In this document: piece after piece, positions 57,813-64,000 of the stretch
Numbering within the stretch: the stretch's first letter is position 1
Layout of the letters: every line of letters begins with the position of its first letter
Assembly: GCA_013166775.1 (NCBI GenBank)
Contig: JABLTJ010000005.1
Location: 139-64,138 of the forward strand
Direction of reading: 5' to 3'
Length of the DNA: 64,000 bases
From: Promethearchaeati archaeon
Lineage (GTDB): Archaea; Asgardarchaeota; Heimdallarchaeia; Heimdallarchaeales; Heimdallarchaeaceae
Translations under genes and position numbers: made by a program
The notes under the pieces: generated by a model
The model's database searches: none
Seen by the model: only the letters and a program-made list of their open reading frames with translations
Told to the model about the DNA's origin: nothing

Positions 57813-58181
57813 TTATGTGACAAAATCCTCAGGAATATGTCCATTATTAATTAACCATTGAACTTCATTTCTTCGAAATCTGTGAACAAGTTCTCCTTTT
57901 TCATCTGGGTTCATTCCATAAAAAGGCATAATGATTACTACATCTCCTACTCTGCACCAAAGACGCTTGCGATATTTTCCAGGAATTCTAATCTGTCTTG
58001 TGAAACCATCCATGCACTTAACCAATAGGATGCTTGCACCAAGAATTTGAATCACAATACCAAAAAACTCGCCTTCACCAGGTAATTGTGCCCTTATGGC
58101 ATCAGAATTGGCAGTAACCCAATCGGTTCCTCTTGTTCCTTTTTTAGGTTTCTTTGCTGGTTTTTTTCCTCTACTACTCAA
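57813..58181 (-). CDS. eif1a: translation initiation factor aIF-1A
   Basis: 122 aa with a basic N-terminus. The OB-fold core is GEFFGIVIQILGASILLVKCMDGFTRQIRIPGKYRKRLWCRVGDVVII. Confidence 0.9.
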   Translation of the reverse strand: MSSRGKKPAKKPKKGTRGTDWVTANSDAIRAQLPGEGEFFGIVIQILGASILLVKCMDGFTRQIRIPGKYRKRLWCRVGDVVIIMPFYGMNPDEKGELVHRFRRNEVQWLINNGHIPEDFVT

Positions 58182-58326
58182 ATATTAACCTCAGACTATG
58201 AATATGGTCTATCTTAAAATATCTTTTGTTCTATGGAGAAAATAATTGGAAAGACAATGTTGAGAAAAGAAGTTCTAAACGAAACAAACAAAAAGGCTAG
58301 AATAAAGAAAGAGATGAGGTAAGAAA

Positions 58327-58737
58327 ATGGAATATGACAAATTGCTGGATAGGGCACGAGGACAGCTTCCTGAGAAAGTCTTTGAAAAGTCGAGATTTGA
58401 AATACCCAAAATTCTTTCAGTGATAGAAGGAAATAAGACTTTCATAACAAACATTAGAGATGTATTATCGAAAATTAACAGGGATGAAAATCATTTTCTG
58501 AAATTTATGGCTGGTGAACTAGCAACTTCTGTGGATATGGAAGGGGCTAGAGCTGTATTCGCAGGTAAACATGCTAAGGTAACACTTCATAATCTTCTAG
58601 AACGTTACGTAAAGGAATATGTTATGTGCGGAGAGTGTGGCAAACCAGATACATCTTTAGTTATAGAAACTCGAATAATGAGGAAGCGATGTGACGCTTG
58701 CGGAGCTTCAACAGCTGTTAAACCTTTGAGAAAGTAA
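58327..58737 (+). CDS. translation initiation factor aIF-2 beta subunit
   Basis: 136 aa. Motifs: YDKLLDRARGQLPEKV, RFEIPK and the C-terminal zinc ribbon CGECGKPDT...CDACG. GAGGT lies 6 nt upstream. Confidence 0.9.
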   Translation: MEYDKLLDRARGQLPEKVFEKSRFEIPKILSVIEGNKTFITNIRDVLSKINRDENHFLKFMAGELATSVDMEGARAVFAGKHAKVTLHNLLERYVKEYVMCGECGKPDTSLVIETRIMRKRCDACGASTAVKPLRK

Positions 58738-58769
58738 TAAAGAATGTGATTTTAATGACAGTTTTTTTC

Positions 58770-59069
58770 ATGAAAATAATAACACAAAGAGGTGAAAGAC
58801 TAGTAGCTGCCTGTGACAAAGATATAGCTGAATTAGAACTAGATAGTCATGGTGTAAAGATAAAGGTCAATCAAACTTTTTATGGAAAGGAATTAGTTAA
58901 TGAAAAAGAACTGTTAGATGAAATTAAGAGATGTACTTCTGCAAATGTAATAGGAACTCAAATAGTACGCTTACTTATTAAGAACAGAATTATTCATAAA
59001 GAGGCTGTACTGTGGTTAAAACATCCAGAGAAGAAGGATAAAATTGGTCATGCAATCCTGATACGATAA
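58770..59069 (+). CDS. DUF424-family protein
   Basis: MKIITQRGERLVAACDKDIAELEL...FYGKELVNEKELLDEIKRCTSANVIG fits the archaeal DUF424 pattern, and the gene has the usual position after aIF2-beta. The track starts at GTG 58746. Confidence 0.6.
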   Translation: MKIITQRGERLVAACDKDIAELELDSHGVKIKVNQTFYGKELVNEKELLDEIKRCTSANVIGTQIVRLLIKNRIIHKEAVLWLKHPEKKDKIGHAILIR

Positions 59070-59091
59070 ACTAATTAAAATCTCTAAAAAG

Positions 59092-60198
59092 GTGATTGAA
59101 ATTTCGGAAAGAGGTAGATTTTGCGCAATATGTGGGACTATGAATGGACCATTCTTAGACAATTTATGCGAGAATTGTTACAAGAAAGAAAATCCCTTAG
59201 AGATAAAAAAACTTGATTCCTTGCAGGTCGAAATTTGTCCTGAATGCGGAACCCTAAAGATACTAAGAAATCGCGTAGATACTTGGAAAAGAGAAGAGAA
59301 TCTAGAAGAAATCATTAGAGAGGTCGCTAGAAGAGCAATTATTGAAAAACTAGAAGTTGATACACCTCTTCAATATGAATTTGAGGATGATATTGAAGAA
59401 AGCAAAATAATGAATTATGGAGTAAAAGAATTTTCAGCAAAAACAAGGATATATGCTAAACCTCACAAAGATTTCAGTGAATTTGAAGAGAGTTTTACAA
59501 CTAGACTTAAAATGAAAAGAGCTATTTGTGATGAGTGTTCAAAGTACAAAACCGGTTATTATGAGGCTATTTTACAGGTAAGGGGAGAGGATAGAAAACT
59601 TACACAAAAGGAAGAAGAAGATATAGAGGCTCTAATAGAAAGAATGATGAAACAATACGATGAGGCGAGGATGGCTTATATTCTTGATTTGGACGTGGAT
59701 CAAGATGGTATAACTGCAAAGGTAAGCACAAAGTTCTTAGCAGAATCTTTGGCAAAAGAAATAAAGGGTTTTTCAGCAGGGAAAATTTCTGTTGCTTACG
59801 AACATAAAACTACATCTAGAGATGGAACAGATGTCTTTACGAATACTTATCTGGTGAAATTGCCTGTTTTCGCTAAAGGAACTATCTTGGAATTTGAAAA
59901 GATACTATGGGTTGTAAAGAGTGTATCTGAGCAACAGATTAAAATGGAATCTTTAGAAAATCACGAAATCAGACACCATGATAGAAAGAGAGTGGAAAGC
60001 AGGGGAAGGAAGAAGGATGATGAAATAGTTAAAAGAGAATATATGATCGTTTCTAAGGAGAAGAATGCGATTGTTATAATGGCTATGGATAATTACGAGA
60101 ATTTTGAGGATAATGTAGAAAGATTACCTCCAAAGAAAGAAGAGGGAGAGAATATTACTGGTTTTATTTATGATGATAAAAATTACTATCTAGAATGA
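59092..60198 (+). CDS. NMD3-family protein (60S export adaptor homolog)
   Basis: 368 aa (GTG start). The zinc clusters FCAICG...CENC, CPECG and CDEC, followed by YYEAILQVRG, are typical of archaeal Nmd3. Confidence 0.8.
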   Translation: MIEISERGRFCAICGTMNGPFLDNLCENCYKKENPLEIKKLDSLQVEICPECGTLKILRNRVDTWKREENLEEIIREVARRAIIEKLEVDTPLQYEFEDDIEESKIMNYGVKEFSAKTRIYAKPHKDFSEFEESFTTRLKMKRAICDECSKYKTGYYEAILQVRGEDRKLTQKEEEDIEALIERMMKQYDEARMAYILDLDVDQDGITAKVSTKFLAESLAKEIKGFSAGKISVAYEHKTTSRDGTDVFTNTYLVKLPVFAKGTILEFEKILWVVKSVSEQQIKMESLENHEIRHHDRKRVESRGRKKDDEIVKREYMIVSKEKNAIVIMAMDNYENFEDNVERLPPKKEEGENITGFIYDDKNYYLE

Positions 60199-60259
60199 AT
60201 ATTGATCTATTCATTTGATAATCTTTTTATTATCTATACAACTCCATCTCTTGATTATT

Positions 60260-62050
60260 ATGAGTGATAAGGAAATAAGCTGGGATCTAACAGAGGTGTT
60301 TAAAGGATCAGACGATCCAAAAATTGCAGTTGTTATTGCGAATCTCGAAAAACGAGCCAAAGAATTTATTGATGATTACAAGAACAAGATAAATTCACCT
60401 AGTTTTTCAATAGATGACTTACTGGTACTTCTACAAGAACAAGAGAAATTCTTAGCTAACCTTTTTGAATTATCTATGTTTTCTCGATTAACTTTTGCAG
60501 CAAATATGACTATACCTTCAAGTAGGGAGCTAAATAACAAAGTGGAAGAATTTTCTGCAAAGATAAGAAAAGAATTAGCATTTCTTGAACTAGAGATAGG
60601 ACAATTGGTTTATGAAAAGGAAAGCTTGGTTTATGATTCTAAATTAGCTAATTATAAACATGCTTTGGAAAAACTTAGAAGAGCTCATCCACATAAGCTT
60701 TCTGAAATTGAAGAACAGCTGATAATAGAAAAAGATCAATATGGAATAAAAGGTTGGCAGCAATTACAATCAAAATGGCTAAACACAAGAAAATTCGATA
60801 TAGAAGTGGAAGGTGAACTAAAAACTCTATCATATGGAGAAGCTAATGGTTTATTATCTCATCGGGATAAGGATACAAGAAAATCTACAAACAAATCAAT
60901 TTATGGTCTGTTAGGACAGGATCAAGATATTTTTTCTGCTGCTATGCATAATATCTGCAGTGATTGGTCAAAAATTTCAAAGAGAAGAAAATATGATTCT
61001 CCAATGCATCAAAGCTTAATAGCTAATGATGTAGACCAAGAAACTATAGATAATCTGATGAAAGCAATTGAGGAACATGCAGTTCTTTATCAGAGATATT
61101 TAAAATTGAAAGCTAAACTTCTAAATATCCCTAAACTAGGATGTGAGGATATAGTTGCACCGTTACCAGATGCCCCTGATATGAAGTATTCTTGGGAAAA
61201 AGCAAAAGAAATAATCCTAGAAGCTTATGGTAATTTCGATGATGATTTTCTATCAACAGCAAAGGATATGTTTGAGAGAAATCATATAGACGCTAGTCCT
61301 AGATTTGGAAAAAGAAATGGAGCTTTCTGTTCAACTTGGTATTCAGGAAAGACATCTTATATTCTTCAGAGTTTTAATGGTTCTCTTGGAAATATCTATA
61401 CATTAGCTCACGAACTTGGGCATGCTGTCCATGGATATATAGCTACAAAAGAGCAAACTTTCTCTAATGCGCGTAGCCCGATGGTTATTGCAGAAGTAGC
61501 TTCAATTTTTGGAGAACTACTTGTAACAGATCTCTTATTAGCTGAAGCAAAAACAGATGAAGAGAAGAAAGCTATTCTAAGTAAAGTATTGGATGGTGCT
61601 GGAATGGCTACATTCCAAGTAAGTGCAAGAGTATGGTTTGAACAGAGCATGTACAAAACAGTAGAAGAAGGTAGTTTTCTAGACGGAAAAACTATTTCAA
61701 AACTCTGGACAGGTGCTAGAGATAAAATCTATGGGGATGCAATAGATTGGTTCGAAGAAATGGACTTTGAGTGGACTATGAAACCGCATTATTACATTCC
61801 AAACTTCAGATACTATAACTATCCGTATGTTTTTGCACAGATGTTTGTATATGCTATGTATCAGTTGTACAAGGAACAAGGTGAAGCATTCATACCAAAA
61901 TTAAAAATGATCTTGAAATCTGGTGGAAGTAAATCTCCAAAAGAATTTGGAGAAATGATGGGATTAGAAATATCCAAACCTGATTTCTGGAAACTAGGGA
62001 TGAAACAATACGAAAGATTTGTGGATGAATTGGAGAAACTAACCGAATAA
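60260..62050 (+). CDS. pepF: oligoendopeptidase F (M3B family)
   Basis: It has HELGHAVH (HExxH) and a downstream EVASIFGE, and the length is typical of PepF. The track TTG at 60215 adds a hydrophobic leader, so ATG 60260 (MSDKEISWDL) is the likely start. Confidence 0.9.
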   Translation: MSDKEISWDLTEVFKGSDDPKIAVVIANLEKRAKEFIDDYKNKINSPSFSIDDLLVLLQEQEKFLANLFELSMFSRLTFAANMTIPSSRELNNKVEEFSAKIRKELAFLELEIGQLVYEKESLVYDSKLANYKHALEKLRRAHPHKLSEIEEQLIIEKDQYGIKGWQQLQSKWLNTRKFDIEVEGELKTLSYGEANGLLSHRDKDTRKSTNKSIYGLLGQDQDIFSAAMHNICSDWSKISKRRKYDSPMHQSLIANDVDQETIDNLMKAIEEHAVLYQRYLKLKAKLLNIPKLGCEDIVAPLPDAPDMKYSWEKAKEIILEAYGNFDDDFLSTAKDMFERNHIDASPRFGKRNGAFCSTWYSGKTSYILQSFNGSLGNIYTLAHELGHAVHGYIATKEQTFSNARSPMVIAEVASIFGELLVTDLLLAEAKTDEEKKAILSKVLDGAGMATFQVSARVWFEQSMYKTVEEGSFLDGKTISKLWTGARDKIYGDAIDWFEEMDFEWTMKPHYYIPNFRYYNYPYVFAQMFVYAMYQLYKEQGEAFIPKLKMILKSGGSKSPKEFGEMMGLEISKPDFWKLGMKQYERFVDELEKLTE

Positions 62051-62087
62051 TCCTGTTTTTCCTAATCTTTTTCGTTTCTTCCGTATA

Positions 62088-62737
62088 TTATACCTGAATA
62101 TCTTTAGGAATTTTTGCTATCATATCTTGAAATTTTTTGTAAATTTCTTCTGGATTCACACTGTCCTCAAGCTTGATTCTTGCCGAATAACCTTTCATGG
62201 TAGCTAAAGTTTGTGTTACTAAAATAATCGTTCCTAAATTATGTTTTCCTTGGTAAAACTTTTCAGATATAAAACCTCTGCAACATTTTCATAAAAAATA
62301 CTTCTGCGTTTAAAAGTGAAAGACCCTACTTGATATTCAATCCTATCTTTGAAAATTCTATACTCTGTTCTATTATGAGATCTTTTTCGTAGCAAACTCC
62401 ATAAGATGGGAAAACCAAGGAGAGATACAACACACACAATTATGAAAGGATACAGCTTTATTCCGAATTCAAATGGTTCAATAGTAACAAGAAATGGTAT
62501 ATTAAAAAGGAAACCAAAGAAACCTGTGCAGAAAAGTGTGGCAAATAAGGTTTTCCAAGTTAAAGTTTCTTTATGTACCCTAAGAACAAATTTAGGTTTC
62601 AAAACCATTAATGGTTCTTCTTCGTCTATCATCCCTTTTGCTTTAGAAAAGGATTTTTCGCATTTTGAACAAAACAAATCATCTTTATCGTTATCAGCAC
62701 CACAATATTCACGTTGCATAATTTTACCCTCTGGCAA
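62088..62737 (-). pseudogene. zinc-ribbon / 2-TM / bPH(DUF304)-domain membrane protein, apparently frameshifted
   Basis: The ORF 62234-62737 ends inside the bPH domain (..VAEVLYLKSF). The -1 frame continues with YQGKHNLGTIILVTQTLATMKGYSARIKLEDSVNPEEIYKKFQDMI to the stop at 62088, which completes the domain. The junction lies at an A4/T4 run (about 62250-62262). Confidence 0.5.
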
Positions 62738-62840
62738 ATATAACTCGATAATCTCTCTATAATATTAACTCAATTTAGGAATACACAAAGCATTTTTATT
62801 TAATGAAACAATGTCAGATTAATCAAAAGAGATTGAAAAA

Positions 62841-63470
62841 ATGATGTTAGATGAGTTATATTTAATTCAGAAGAAAGATGTAGAAAAAGCTACAAAGGTG
62901 TTGACAAGAGCTTTTCATGAAGATCCGTTGGTTAAACTGATTTTTCCAAACTCAGAAGAAAGAAAGATATTTACACCCACTTTGTGGAGGTTTTTGACAA
63001 AAGATGGGGTAAACTATGGAGAAGTTTATTCACCCACAGACAAAATAGAAGGCGTAGCGAAATGGTTACCTCCAGGAAAAGGGTAAATAGGAATATGGAG
63101 AACGATCAAAAGTGGGGGATTAAAAATGGGTATTGTATTAACTAAACAGAAAGATGAAAGAAAGCTATCACCCAGAAGGATTGAGGAGATTACTAATAAA
63201 ATCACACAGATTCACAAAGAGTTAATGAAGGAACCACATTGGTATTTAACAAATATAGGTATAGACACAGAATTTCAAGGAAAAGGATATGGAAGTAAAT
63301 TAATCAAACCAATGCTTGAAAGAATAGAAAAGGAAAGGTATCCAGTATTTCTTGAAACAAATTTTGAAGGAAATGTAAAGTTATATGAACATCTAGGATT
63401 CGAGCTTATAGATGAAACAAAAGTGTTAGATACTGAACTCGTAAATTGGGCTATGGTTAGAAAACCTTAA
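62841..63470 (+). pseudogene. GNAT-family N-acetyltransferase interrupted by an in-frame TAA
   Basis: ORFs 62841-63086 and 63126-63470 are in the same frame and are separated only by TAA at 63084-63086. The read-through peptide (..WLPPGKG*IGIWRTIKSGG..PHWYLTNIGIDTEFQGKGYGSKL) is colinear with a single GNAT protein. Confidence 0.65.
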
Positions 63471-63507
63471 AAAAAGATAAAGGGAACAAAGAAACGAGCA
63501 ACTGGTA

Positions 63508-63611
63508 GGGGACTTGGCTCAGTCCGGTAGAGTGGTTGGCTCCAGAGAACATTGTTAATCAATGTCGGCAAAACCAATTGGTCGGGTGTTCAAATCACCC
63601 AGTCCCCACCA
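63508..63611 (+). tRNA. tRNA-Trp (anticodon CCA) with 27-nt intron
   Basis: Manual cloverleaf. Acceptor GGGGACT/AGTCCCC; D stem GCTC/GAGT; anticodon stem GTTGG/CCAAT; anticodon CCA at 63542-63544. The intron lies at about 63546-63572 and contains the hairpin ACATTG/CAATGT. T arm GGGTG-TTCAAAT-CACCC; discriminator A; CCA is encoded. Confidence 0.85.
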
Positions 63612-63821
63612 TAAAAATTTTATTTTTTCCCCTCTATCACATATATGAATAACTCTTTCAGTTCTTAAAAAGTGATAAATAAGCAGTGAATTGAAATTGG
63701 TTTAATGAATCAATATGATTCCACTCTGGAGCAATGAGCTTGTTTCCACATAAGTAAAACTGAATGAAATTACATTTATGCCGAAGGGTTTATTATCCTA
63801 AAAAAGAATCATTAAGTGAAA

Positions 63822-64000
63822 ATGGTTTCAGCTGCATACATTATAATGCTTTTAGTTTTTATTACACTCATAGTAGTTGGAATTGTTTTCTTTACTATTT
63901 TTTGGTTTAAAATGATTATTCAACTCAAACAGAAAATAGATATGCCATCAACCACAAAAAACATAGACTTAGATAAATCAATTTACGAAAGGATGGCTGA
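63822..64000 (+). CDS. 5' fragment of an ORF encoding an N-terminal TM helix (runs off the window)
   Basis: From the ATG at 63822 my translation is MVSAAYIIMLLVFITLIVVGIVFFTIFWFKMIIQLKQ..., open to the window end. There is no other support. Confidence 0.25.
   Translation, partial: MVSAAYIIMLLVFITLIVVGIVFFTIFWFKMIIQLKQKIDMPSTTKNIDLDKSIYERMA

Noticed and set aside
58233-58322. 29-codon basic ORF (MEKIIGKTMLRKEVLNETNKKARIKKEMR) ending 4 nt before aIF2-beta
   Set aside because: It has no SD of its own, and its 3' end is simply the GAGGT ribosome-binding site of the aIF2-beta gene. Most likely it is a chance ORF in an A-rich leader.
62236-62275. Programmed -1 ribosomal frameshift in the bPH-domain gene
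   Set aside because: There is no canonical X-XXY-YYZ slippery heptamer in the zero frame, and I see no obvious downstream pseudoknot or hairpin. A homopolymer indel is the simpler explanation.
63084-63086. The in-frame TAA in the GNAT gene as evidence of stop-codon reassignment or programmed read-through
   Set aside because: TAA is used as an ordinary terminator by many well-supported genes in this window (for example eno, the FKBP isomerase gene and aIF2-beta). A single case does not support recoding.
1-64000. Search for CRISPR arrays, insertion sequences, integrases, prophage or defence-island genes
   Set aside because: I saw no regularly spaced direct repeats. No ORF has transposase, integrase, Cas, restriction, or toxin (PIN, HEPN, RelE) motifs. 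The HD, PHP, MBL and metallophosphoesterase genes look like housekeeping-type single-domain enzymes.

Overview
AT-rich, densely coding archaeal chromosomal segment: about 68 protein-coding genes and 2 intron-containing tRNA genes. I found no rRNA, CRISPR array, transposase/integrase or long repeat. Archaeal identity follows from gene content (aIF1A, aIF2-beta, Rio1, KH/Dim2, Nmd3, Nip7, aCPSF1, sn-glycerol-1-phosphate dehydrogenase, archaeosortase) and from tRNAs with introns after position 37. A 698-aa type-I membrane protein (33192-35288) resembles eukaryotic ribophorin I/OST1 in several blocks. Together with the AT-richness, this suggests an Asgard (Lokiarchaeia-like) genome; that is inference, not proof. 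Layout: 0-20 kb is housekeeping (TrmI, ThiL, enolase, M32 peptidase, aCPSF1, Nop2/Nip7, G1P dehydrogenase). 20-24 kb is a tight five-gene minus-strand operon of DUF1616-like membrane proteins plus two phosphohydrolases. 24-33 kb carries bacterial-type metK and a deoC-mutS-mutL-small membrane protein operon. 33-37 kb carries the ribophorin-like gene and an E1-like ThiF/MoeB. 37.5-52.7 kb is a surface-glycan island: a WbpB/WbpD-like sugar module, an RHH regulator, an archaeosortase, and a divergent 11-kb gene pair-of-operons in which a PLP decarboxylase and a BpsA-like aminopropyltransferase each head strings of glycosyltransferases. 53-62 kb holds a split MetRS and the conserved PHP-KH-Rio1-aIF1A / aIF2beta-DUF424-Nmd3 cluster. 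62-63.6 kb holds two disrupted genes next to tRNA-Trp. The best candidates for something new are the polyamine-enzyme/glycosyltransferase divergon, the ribophorin-like protein, the DUF1616/phosphoesterase operon, and a structured element with a terminator-like hairpin upstream of metG. All family calls come from motif recognition by eye; no database search was run.
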